Part shown: positions 1-11,289 of the stretch, in pieces
Layout of the letters: each line of letters opens with the position of its first letter
Numbering within the stretch: position 1 is the first letter of the stretch
NCBI GenBank assembly: GCA_002269645.1
Contig: NIVC01000629.1
Coordinates: 310,001 to 374,000 of the forward strand
DNA: 64,000 bases
Reading direction: 5' to 3'
DNA from: Macrostomum lignano
Taxonomy: Eukaryota
Program-made: the position numbers and the translations under genes
The notes under the pieces: model-generated
What the model saw: the letters and a program-made list of their open reading frames with translations, nothing else
Databases searched by the model: none
Told to the model about the DNA's origin: nothing

Positions 1-789
1 TGCAAAAAATGCTTACCTTGACCCCGGGGAGTCGTATGAGAGTTCGCACGAAAGTTCTCGAAAGTATAAAGTACATTTAACTACTATTAATTGAAGCTGT
101 TCAGCTGTTTCACTCGTACTACCTGATGACTCATTTGTTATTTTCAAGTAGAGACAGTTTTTGCAAGTAGTTTTTACGTGTACATTTTACACTTTGTATA
201 CATTTAATACAAGTACAATAATACACATGCGTTCATTATTAGCTGCGCGTAGACTATACTAAGCTGCATGTAAATTTTCGTGTAAAATATAAAACAGTGC
301 CGTCTAACTCCGGTTTAACAGTAAACAAATTAAAACACAAACAGCCACTTTGCCTGTCTCTCCCTCCGTGGCTCTAATATTAGAATCCCATGTACGCAAA
401 TATGAAAAATTCCAATGGGGTTCCCATTAGTCACCGACTTTACTGTATGGTTGCAGCCCAGGTTTAACCAATGCAATCCTTTATCGAGGAAGCCATGACG
501 AAATAGGAGTTATTTCTTCTGCGGCCCAGCCTCTTCGATGAAGCATCGCCAATCCAGCAAATCTTTTAACAAAAACGGCTTCAGCGATTTGCCGCCGCAT
601 TCCGCATGCAACAGCTGGCCTGCCAGTCAGGGATGCACTGGAGGCGCAAAACTGATCGAAATCACCTAAGTATGTCAAATTCCCAACTAAGGCTTCAATG
701 CTTTTATTGTAGCTTAAAAATAGTTACTGTATATAACTATCTCACTGCCCAGGCTCAAAATTCCTTTGTAGTCCACTGTTTACATGTAG

Positions 790-1435
790 ATTCAAAATCT
801 CTGTTTAGATCAGAAATGGCACTGTTTAGATCAGAAATCCCAGTGTTTGGATCCGAAATCCCAGTGTTTAGATCCGAAATCCCAGTGTTTACATCCAAAA
901 TATCACTGTTTAGATTCAAAATCTCACTGTTTAGATTCAAAATCTCACTGTTTAGATTCAAAATCTCACTGTTTAGATTCAAAATCTCACTGTTTAGATC
1001 CAAAATCTCACTAATTAGATCCGAAATCTCACTGATTAGATTCAAAATCTCACTGTTTAGATTTAAAATCTCACTGATTAGATCCAAAATCTCACTGATT
1101 AGATCCGAAATCCCAGTGTTTACATCCGAAATCTCACTGATTAGATAAAAAATCTCACTGTTTAGATTCAAAATCTCACTGTTTAGATTCTAAATCTGAC
1201 TATTTGGATCCAAAATCCCCGTGTTTAGATCTGAAATTTCACTGTTTAGATTCAAAATCCCACTTTAGATCCAAAATCTCACTGATTAGATTCAAAATCT
1301 CACTGATTAGATTCAAAATCCCACTTTAGATCCAAAATCTCACTGATTAGATTCAAAATCCCACTTTAGATCCAAAATCTCACTGTTTAGATCCGAACTG
1401 TCACTGTTAAGATACAAAATCTCACTTTGAAGCTT
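790..1435. repeat. Minisatellite, 21-bp unit (TTTAGATTCAAAATCTCACTG)
   Basis: About 30 diverged tandem copies; explains ORFs 606..1148 and 755..1171. Confidence 0.95.
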
Positions 1436-1700
1436 CAAAATCTCGCCAAAGCGACTTGATAGCAGCTACCAGCAGTGCCAAAAAAGCTTGAAATGCGCAC
1501 AAAATCTGGCTGACAGTACTTTAAGGAACTATTTTTTCCCGGCAAAACCGACGCATTTTCAACGAGTTTCGGCACAATTTATTTCTAATATTTTTATAGT
1601 CTATTATAATTGCGTATTGGCTAAGCGCCTGCATGGCAGATGACATAACCGAGATTGAAGTTTTGTTACAAGTAGCAGTTTCACATATCGAATTGAGCCT

Positions 1701-2790
1701 TTAGACTGGCATGAAAATTGAGGGTAGCGAGTTTGCAACAGCAGCAAGCGGTGCTATGGGGATTAGAGAAACGATGCGAAAAAACGACAAAAAATGCAAC
1801 CAAAATTCTCTGCTCAAAGGCAATTCAGCCGGTGCCAGTAAAGCACGGTACACCGTGCAGGTGACACGGCACTGCTCCTGCCAAGCATTACGGAGGAACA
1901 GAGATTGCAGCATTGGGCAATTCCTCGGCAGTATCAACTGCTTGGATACTCTATCCAACTGATCCCACATCGGAATCCACTGATCCCACTCTCGGATCCC
2001 ACTAATCCCACACTCGGATCCCACTGATCTCATACTCGGATCCCACTGATCCCATACTCGGATCCCACTAATCCCACACTCGGATCCCACTGATCTCATA
2101 CTCGGATCCCACTGATCCCATACTCGGATCCCACTGATCCCATACTCGGATCCCACTGATCCCACACTCGGATCCCACTGATCTCATACTCGGAGTCCAC
2201 TGATCCCACACTCGGATCCCACTGATCCCACACTCGGATCCCACTGATCCCACACTCGGATCCCACACTCGGATCCCACTGATCCCACACTCGGATCCCA
2301 CTGATCCCACACTCGGATCACACTGATCCCACACTCGGATCCCACTGATCCCACACTCGGATCCCACTGATCCCACACTCGGAGCCAGTAACCTGAGTGC
2401 AGTATCGCGCACAGGCTTGTGCAGAAAATCCACAGCAGAAATCCATGAACAAAATTTAAACAACTGAAAGAGCAAAAGCATAAAATAGAAAGATATTTTT
2501 GTCTATGAATATTTGAATTTTTAATATCTGATTATGATATTCCAGCACAAAGGGGTGAATGAATTCAACAAATATATAAAAATGGTGCATTATAAAGTAT
2601 TTACAGATTTTACACAGCTAAAGAGCTGACGAAGAAAATCTACAGGACTGTGGAACATATGCTCATACTTATACATAGTATGAAAAGAACAAATATTTAT
2701 CATCTTTTTAATTGAATGGTTTTCAATATATAAACAATTGAGTAAAAAATATTGTTTATAAGAATGCCGCGGTGCTGACTGCAGGTCCAT
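1701..2790 (-). CDS. Putative small spliced gene of unknown product (candidate exons 2605-2790, 2393-2463, 1701-1950; about 169 aa)
   Basis: ATG at 2790. Donors at 2604 and 2392 and acceptors at 2464 (TTTGCTCTTTCAG) and 1951 join in frame, and the second intron is filled by a minisatellite like true introns here. No recognisable homology; plus-strand readings are also open. Confidence 0.25.
1960..2385. repeat. Minisatellite, 22-bp unit (CCACTGATCCCACACTCGGATC)
   Basis: About 19 tandem copies; reverse-complement relative of the 4250-5050 array. Confidence 0.95.
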
Positions 2791-3169
2791 GCACCTCTCG
2801 ACGCACTGGCCGGCTGTGGACAAATGGACAAAGGAAAAATATGACTAAGTACGAGTAAAACCGTATAAATTATTTTGCAGATTTTGTACTACTAACGCCA
2901 AGTCCAAGTAGTATATACAAGTAAATTTGCGAAACTACCAATCTAGCTATAATTACCTGTGCTTACCTGTGGTCCGTTAATCCATCCTAAAAGCTCTATG
3001 ACGTTTGTTAATCTATCCTAAAGATTTCAAGAGGTCGCTAATTCGTTCGGTAGTTTTCAAGGGCTCGATAATTCATTCTGAGGATTTTGGGACTCGGTAA
3101 TCCATTCTGGGGGTTTGGGGGATTATTAATCCACCCTGTAGGTCTCAGAAGGTCGCTAATCCCGCTGTA

Positions 3170-3662
3170 GGTTTCAAGTAGGAAACTCTGTAGGTTTTAA
3201 GGGGTCGCTAATCCCCTCTGTAGGCTTCAAGGGGTCACTAATCCCCGCTGTAGGTTTCAAGGGGTCACTAATCCCCTCTGTAGGCTTCAAGGGGTCGCTA
3301 ATCCCCTCTGTAGGCTTCAAGGGGTCACTTATCCCCTCTGTAGGCTTCAAGGGGTCGCTAATCCCCTCTGTAGGCTTCAAGGGGTCACTAATCCCCGCTG
3401 TAGGTTTCAAGGGGTCACTAATCCCCTCTGTAGGCTTCAAGGGGTCGCTAATCCCCTCTGTAGGCTTCAAGGGGTCACTAATCCCCTCTGTAGGCTTCAA
3501 GGGGTCGCTAATCCCCTCTGTAGGCTTCAAGGGGTCACTAATCCCCTCTGTAGGCTTCAAGGGGTCGCTAATCCCCTCTGTAGGCTTCAAGGGGTCACTA
3601 ATCCCCTCTGTAGGCTTCAAGGGGTCACTAATCCCCTCTGTAGGCTTCAAGTGGTCACTAAT
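3170..3662. repeat. Minisatellite, 30-bp unit (ATCCCCTCTGTAGGCTTCAAGGGGTCACTA)
   Basis: About 16 near-identical copies; degenerate copies extend left to about 3000. Confidence 0.95.
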
Positions 3663-3709
3663 CCACTTTGATGATCTGAGGTGGCGTCTAGAATCGTTAG
3701 AAAACCTTT

Positions 3710-3937
3710 CTCAACTAAGCATCGCGACATCAAAAGCCCCCGGGTAACCATGAACCCTCAACTAAGCATCGCGACATCAAAAGCCCCCGGATAACCATGA
3801 ACCCTCAACTAAGCATCGCGACATCAAAAGCCCCCGGATAACCATGAACCCTCAACTAAGCATCGCGACATCAAAAGCCCCCGGATAACCATGAACCCTC
3901 AACTAAGCATCGCGACATCAAAAGCCCCCGGATAACT
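3710..3937. repeat. Tandem repeat, 47-bp unit, about 5 copies
   Basis: TCAACTAAGC recurs at 3711, 3758, 3805, 3852, 3899. Confidence 0.95.
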
Positions 3938-3971
3938 AAGCCAGACTCAGGACGCACCTTCCGACGCAAGG

Positions 3972-4244
3972 CTACAAGGCGTCGGCTGGGCCGGCAGCCC
4001 ACTCCCGATAGCGCAGCAGATCCGGCCCGGCTGACACGATGGAGGACAGGGGCGAATGGAACATGCCAGGCTGACTGGTGCTCGATAGCACAGCCCGGTG
4101 CAGCTGCAGGTAGGCAAACTCGAACGCCTGCTTCACCTGCAAGGCGCCATAGGATGACCGGCCAATGTCGTTGCCAGGCGTCAGGGGATCCTCGATGCAC
4201 AGCACCGATGGCCTGGCTGAGTGGATTGCACCGTCCAGTTGCAC
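3972..4244 (-). CDS. TENT4: TENT4/PAPD5-7 (Trf4-like) poly(A) polymerase, coding exon 4 (PAP-associated domain, stop TAG 3972-3974)
   Basis: RPSVLCIEDPLTPGNDIGRSSYGALQVKQAFEFAY matches the PAPD5/7 motif IEDPxxPxNDxGRSSYG; acceptor CCCGCAG at 4245-4246, phase 0. Confidence 0.93.
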   Translation of the reverse strand: MQLDGAIHSARPSVLCIEDPLTPGNDIGRSSYGALQVKQAFEFAYLQLHRAVLSSTSQPGMFHSPLSSIVSAGPDLLRYREWAAGPADAL

Positions 4245-4249
4245 CTGCG

Positions 4250-5307
<1,058 letters not shown>

Positions 5308-5369
5308 CTATGAGGAATGCGTGAGTGTTGGCTTGAGGATATTTGACAGATATGCGAACAGACTAATAC

Positions 5370-5990
<621 letters not shown>

Positions 5991-6004
5991 TTAAACAATA
6001 AAGA

Positions 6005-6428
6005 GGGATTAGGAAGCTACAGATCGGTTAGAAGGCAGACTAGGAAGGATTAGGAAGCTGCAGAATGGGATTAGGAAGCTACTGAATGGGATTAGGAAGC
6101 TGCAGAATGGGATTAGGAAGCTACTGAATGGGATTAGGAAGCTGCAGAATGGGATTAGGAAGCTGCAGAATGGGATTAGGAAGCTGCTGAATGGGATTAG
6201 GAAACTACAGAATGGGATTAGGAAACTACAGAATGGGATTAGGAAACTACAGAATGGGATTAGGAAACTACAGAATGGGATTAGGAAACTACAGAATGGG
6301 ATTAGGAAACTACAGAATGGGATTAGGAAACTACAGAATGGAATTAGGAAACTACAGAATGGAATTAGGAAGCTGCAGAATGGGATTAGGAAGCTGCAGA
6401 ATGGGATTAGGAAGCTACAGATGGGATT
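6005..6428. repeat. Intronic minisatellite, 21-bp unit (AATGGGATTAGGAAACTACAG)
   Basis: About 19 copies in TENT4 intron 5913-6571. Confidence 0.95.
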
Positions 6429-6571
6429 AAGAGTTCTGATAAGAATGGTGGGTTGAGAGATTCAGTAAATTGCTTAGATAAAGCTGGACTCGGATGAAAG
6501 ATTATCTAATTCTAAAACCGATCAGCCAATCTATTTCAGAAAGGATATTGATTGTCCAGTCCCGGACTCGC

Positions 6572-7009
6572 CTGTACGTCAGTAGCGCAGCCCTCTTCCC
6601 TGAGCGCCCTCTCCAGCGCTCTCAGCGGCAGCGCCTCCCAGCGGCCGAACAGCACCAAGTCGATGTCGGAGGTGGGCAAGTACAGGCCGGTTCGCGAGCT
6701 GCCGAACACCTCCAGCCGGGCGTCGGGCCACAGGCGCAGCACGAGGGCCCGCAGGCGGTCAACAACTCGGCACCGGATCGCCGCCTCGGCCGGGGTCGGC
6801 GCCACCCACTGGTTGAACAGTAGAAGCTCCTCGTGCAGGCCGACGACGCCCGGGCTCAAGCGTCGGGGCCGCCGCCCGTCGGGCCCGAGAAGCCACGGCG
6901 GCAGTGGCAGCGGCTGGTGCTGCTGGATGCTGAAGTAACGCCTGTGCTGATTGGAGTAGCGACGCGACCGGGCGTGAGTCTTGGCCAGCCGCTGCTGCTG
7001 CTGGTTCAT
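6572..7009 (-). CDS. TENT4: TENT4 coding exon 1 (nucleotidyltransferase GS-x-DxD motif)
   Basis: GLHEELLLFNQWVAPTPAE...VFGSSRTGLYLPTSDIDLV; ATG at 7009; ends CAG|GCGAGT (GC donor). A further upstream coding exon is not excluded (acceptor at 7039-7040). Confidence 0.92.
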
Positions 7010-7625
7010 CTTTGGCAGGCTTATTATCTTCTGCTGCACTAATTTGCTATAAAAGTAGCAGAGGGACTGCGTGCTGCATCTATCAAAACAGAGTCACAAG
7101 CCAGTCAAAAAAGTTTATCTAGCCAATTTAAAACTATAAATAAGCTGAATGCTTTGACTTATAGGCTTATCATCTTAAAATATTTAATATATGTAAATTG
7201 TTTACATGCTATTTTTGTAATAGGTTGTCAAAATGAAATAGGAAAAGTTATTTGTATAGGATTTGTAGTGATCCGCTAGTTGGTGTTAGGCGTCCCACTC
7301 TGTTAGCAGCTACCCTTGCCCTCGCCCTCGCCCTGGGTTGCTGTCTGCCGCTGGGCAGCTTCCCGCTTCCCTCCTCTTGGCTGTCTGTTGCTGCCCCTCC
7401 CTTTCTTCTGCCCGTGTTGCCCTGCGTTTCTCAGCCCGCGACTTCTCTGTTGCGGGCTGTCCTTGTTTCGTCATTCTCTGTCTCCCTGTCTTGTGAGCTA
7501 GTCACATGACAGTTTCTGCGTTCTCTGAGTCTTAAAGTGCAGTAAACATGTTTACTGCACTTGCTGGCCCTGTTTACCGGGAGAGTCACATGCTTTCGGC
7601 CCCCTCCCTTTTCTAAGGAGAGGAG

Positions 7626-7830
7626 TGACTCATGTTGCTAAAAATAGCAACTGAGTCACAGCCATGTGCACTCTGTCGGGAGACCCTCAAGTGACGTCAG
7701 TTCTAAAAATAGAACAAGTCACGAGGTCTTCCGCGCGCTTGTACCCTGCCCGAGACTCTCGAGTGACGTCAGTTCTAAAAATAGAACAAGTCACGAGGTC
7801 TTGTGCGCGGGTGTTTTCCGGCTATAAATA
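7626..7830 (+). promoter_or_regulatory. LTR U3 enhancer/promoter: AP-1 x2, CRE x2, MEF2 x3, 72-bp-period direct repeat, TATA box
   Basis: TGACTCA 7626, TGAGTCA 7652; TGACGTCA 7692 and 7764; CTAAAAATAG 7638, 7703, 7775; TATAAATA 7823-7830. Function inferred from motif consensus only. Confidence 0.6.
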
Positions 7831-8285
7831 GGACCCCTCTCCCCTTGTTTCCGTCAAGGAGTTTTCAGCTTTGTGTCAGTTTTTGCTTGGTGTCTGTTCT
7901 GTCCAACCTCAAGTTCCACTACGTCCTGAGTGTTCGAGTCTTTGCGTACATTGATTCTGTTCCTATTGATCCAACCGAAACCCGACCAAGTCAACCCAAG
8001 TTTACGAGAGGCTAACTCAGCCCTCCCTCTACTATCCTAGCCCAGTAGGAACTGCTGACGAGATGCCCTATTTGTTGCGCTTTAAATCTGCACGCTGTGC
8101 TATGTTCGTTGACTTCATTTTTTCGTTCCGACAGGAAGCTCACCTCACCGAAGGCCGAGACCTGAAGGAACTGGTGGCAACACTACCTACGCTACTGAGA
8201 TTTGAGAGAACTTCCCTCTGAAGAGGTACAAGACTTAAGGTAATCTTAAGTGCCTAAACCGGGAAGAAACCCCATTGTACTTCAC

Positions 8286-8305
8286 TGGTGGCAGCGGTGG
8301 GATTC
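8286..8305 (+). other. Primer-binding site complementary to the 3' end of tRNA-Leu
   Basis: TGGTGGCAGCGGTGGGATTC is the reverse complement of GAAUCCCACCGCUGCCA-CCA, the metazoan tRNA-Leu(AAG/TAG) 3' end as recalled. Confidence 0.85.
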
Positions 8306-9115
8306 AAAGACCTACCAGGCCACCCCGAGAAAAACCATTGTACTTCAGATTTATAAAAATGGAATTTCAATAAAGGGTGCAGGACTAGCAAATACAAGCT
8401 TTATTGAAGAGACTCAGGGAGCCACTAATAGCCTTATCCCTATACAGCAATGTGCCATTGTTTAAAATGCCTAGCTAGATCTAAAACCCTAATGATCTCT
8501 TATTTAAGACTGCCAATGTCTATAAATACAATAAAGCTGCAACAGACTAATAAAAAGAACATACAGTTCATTTTACAAGATAATGGACACTCATTTTTGC
8601 TTAGTAAAATTAGCTAAAACTAGCACATTAAGTCCCCTATAGTGGGTATTCAATTTCAAAATTCAGACATAAAAGTATTAAAAACATTTTTTTATTTACT
8701 CATTTCCAAAATAAATCTTTAATGTTTAAATTTTTATATAAGCACATTAAGCCCCCTATGATGGCATTCAAATTCAAAATTAAAACAATGAAAGCATTAA
8801 AAAATGTTTCTTAAATATTTGACAAATTTCCTATTGCAATTGATATAAATTTTATATACCTATTTGCCAACTGAATCTGAATTAATTAGGCCCATTAACT
8901 ACTGCCACCATTTGCAATTGCACCACTTTCTTTGTGTTATAAATTAATACAAACAAGATTAAAGCAATTTAGATAGTTGATAAAAAGGCACATTGCATTT
9001 CAGGCTAGGCCTAGCTTTATAATCCAACTCTCTTTCATCAATTGTCTATAAGACTAGTAAATAATAAAATTCAATTATTTGATCAACACTATAAATTGCA
9101 AGTCTGCCAGGGTGC

Positions 9116-9164
9116 TAGTCACTTTGTCAACTAGTGTTTTGTCAAATGGTTGACAAAGTGACTA
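9116..9164. repeat. Perfect 16-bp inverted repeat with 17-nt loop
   Basis: TAGTCACTTTGTCAAC (9116-9131) / GTTGACAAAGTGACTA (9149-9164). Confidence 0.9.
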
Positions 9165-9211
9165 CTTGCATTTAGCAGGGTTAGCAGTATTAGCTATTGA
9201 CAAAATCACCA

Positions 9212-9485
9212 AATTTAAAGGTCTTATTGATTGGTCAATCAATGAAATGACCAAGACCAATGGCTCACTCTCACCTGTCTCCAGTTGACAAGATGTAACT
9301 AATTTAAAGGTCTTATTGATTGGTCAATCAATGAAATGACCAAGACCAATGGCTCACTCTCACCTGTCACTAGTTGACAAGATGTAACTAATTTAAAGGT
9401 CTTATTGATTGGTCAATCAATGAAATGACCAAGACCAATGGCTCACTCTCACCTGTCACCAGTTGACAAAATGAAACTAATTTAG
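9212..9485. repeat. Tandem repeat, 89-bp unit x3, each with palindrome ATTGATTGGTCAATCAAT
   Basis: Unit starts at 9212, 9301, 9390. Confidence 0.92.
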
Positions 9486-10666
9486 AATTACGGTTACTTG
9501 ATTTCAAATGCATTGAGAATTATTTCTAAACTCTTGATTTGTAAATTTTAACATTATAATTTACTAATTAATTATTTAGCTATTTTTTATTTGCTTATCA
9601 TTTCTTGTAAAAATACCATTTCCTTTGTTGTAATTCAATATAATTAAATTGTACATTCAAATGTACATTTATATTGGTGCAATTTTGAGAGTTGGTTTAA
9701 CAGAACAATTCTTGGCACAGATACAGCTATGAACATATCATATATACACAATACTGCATTGCATAATATATGTACATGTATATAAATGCACAGTTGACAA
9801 AGTAACTACCATTTTAAACTGTTTGCCATGGGATAGCTAGGCCCATGCAAAGGATGATAAAACTCCTTATATTATAGGCCTAGCTTTATTTAGAATATAT
9901 ATTCTATATTGGAAGTGCTTAACCCTACAGTCCTATACAAATAATTCCAATTTTATCCACACAGATCCATGTCAATAATTTCTAGCTTATCCCCTCAGCA
10001 GCTTATTGGAATAAAGAACCTTAAAATGAATCTGTTCAAAACCATCTATTTGTTTTCACTGTTTTACAAATCTTCCAAGTAAACTACTGAATACTGAATA
10101 GTATTGAATACTTTATTAAAACTTTTTTTGTCATTAAAAGGGTTAATTTTAAATATTTGCTTAGCTGCCAGCTTTGCTTACAATAACCAAATAGACCCTA
10201 AGATCAAGGTGAATGAGACTTGCAAAATTCAAAATTCAAAATGTAATAATAATAAGTAGGCCTATAATAATACTAATACTAATAATAATGACAATATCAA
10301 TTTATCTTCAATACACAAAAATAAACACAAACAACTGTACAATCTTATCTTATCTATGGCCTGGGGATAAGCTGAAAATTATTGATACAGATCCATGTAG
10401 ATCAGTGTTGCCACTACAGCAACCAAAGAAATTATCGCAGGATAAGAAAAAAATCGCAGGAACAAATTTCTTATTTGTCATAGAGAAAAAGGCGCCAGTA
10501 TGCAAAAACAACTTTCTTTTTTAGCTTTCCATTTCTAATTCCATCTTCTATTTGACTAAAAAAACTACTACAATTTGCAATAACTGCATGCAACTCTCAT
10601 TTACGCCAAATCAGTGAAGTAGTCATACAACACAAGCATTTTCTTAAGGGAAGACAGGCATACATA

Positions 10667-11289
10667 CACTCAGCAATAGTCAAAACCGCCACCCTACCGA
10701 GAGGAGACTTCTCTCTCATAACTGCAAGTGACGTAACTTGCGCCTTGGCATGGCTAAAGCTGGGTGAGAGTGAATTCCAGGGTGAGAGTACAAAAGGGAC
10801 TAGGGTTGGGGTTGGGGGTGCAACATTCAATTCACTGTACACGTGACAATGGTCAGGCATATGACAGACGCTGAACGATGGCGCGCTGTTGGCATGCTAG
10901 AAGCTGGTGCATCCATCAGTACAGTTGCTCGCCAATTTGGCCAATCACGTTCAACAATTTGAGCGCTGTTAATGAAGTCCCAAGAGACTGGTAGTGGTTA
11001 GCACGTAGCCATAGGCAGCCAGCGCCATGATCTCCGTGGCTCAACAGCCAGGGCAAATCGACATCTGCTGCAGATTGTTAGGCGAACTCCAACTGTGCCA
11101 ACCACCCTGCTCCGTCTAATGTGGGGTGAAAGAAGCAGATGGGGCATCCCCTGCATCCCCTGATTGCCCTCTCCTGCATTCACTCACACCCAGCTTTAGC
11201 CACGCCGTGGTGCAAGTTACGTCACTTGCAGTTGAGGTGAGAGAGAAGTTGCCTCTCGGTAGGGTGGTGGTTTTGACTGTTGCTGAGTG
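10667..11289 (+). mobile_element. Internally deleted Tc1-like transposon, about 110-bp TIRs, TA TSD
   Basis: TA|CACTCAGCAATAGTCAAAACC ... GGTTTTGACTGTTGCTGAGTG|TA; carries a transposase 5' remnant. Confidence 0.9.
10849..11140 (+). pseudogene. Tc1 transposase N-terminal HTH pseudogene
   Basis: MVRHMTDAERWRAVGMLEAGASISTVARQFGQSRSTI*ALLMKSQETGSG*...RHLLQIVRRTP resembles the Tc1 paired-like HTH; two in-frame stops (first at 10960-10962); no DDE domain. Confidence 0.85.

Larger units (their letters stand above)
7264..8347 (+). mobile_element. LTR retrotransposon remnant: 1021-bp LTR (7264-8284) + PBS + collapsed internal region + last 19 nt of 3' LTR; 4-bp TSD GATT
   Basis: Starts TG at 7264 and ends CA at 8284. 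PBS follows after 1 nt. The LTR end GAAACCCCATTGTACTTCA is repeated (17/19) at 8329-8347. GATT flanks at 7260-7263 and 8348-8351. Confidence 0.85.

Noticed and set aside
3170-3662. CRISPR-like array (30-bp unit with internal dyad); also 26015-26745 and 44272-44878
   Set aside because: Units are head-to-tail with no unique spacers, there are no cas genes, and the context is eukaryotic.
8054-8062. Hammerhead ribozyme cores (CTGACGAG here; CTGATGA near 123, 11368 and 20342)
   Set aside because: No correctly spaced stem II-GAAA and no closing stems I/III.
8286-8305. tRNA gene
   Set aside because: Only the 20-nt complement of a tRNA 3' end including CCA, directly after an LTR end; this is a PBS.
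8622-8810. Two degenerate about 70-bp direct repeats 119 bp apart
   Set aside because: Old local duplication with no termini, TSD or motif suggesting function.
10801-10818. Telomeric repeat (TAGGGTTGGGGTTGGGGG)
   Set aside because: Only 2-3 imperfect units inside a Tc1 remnant.
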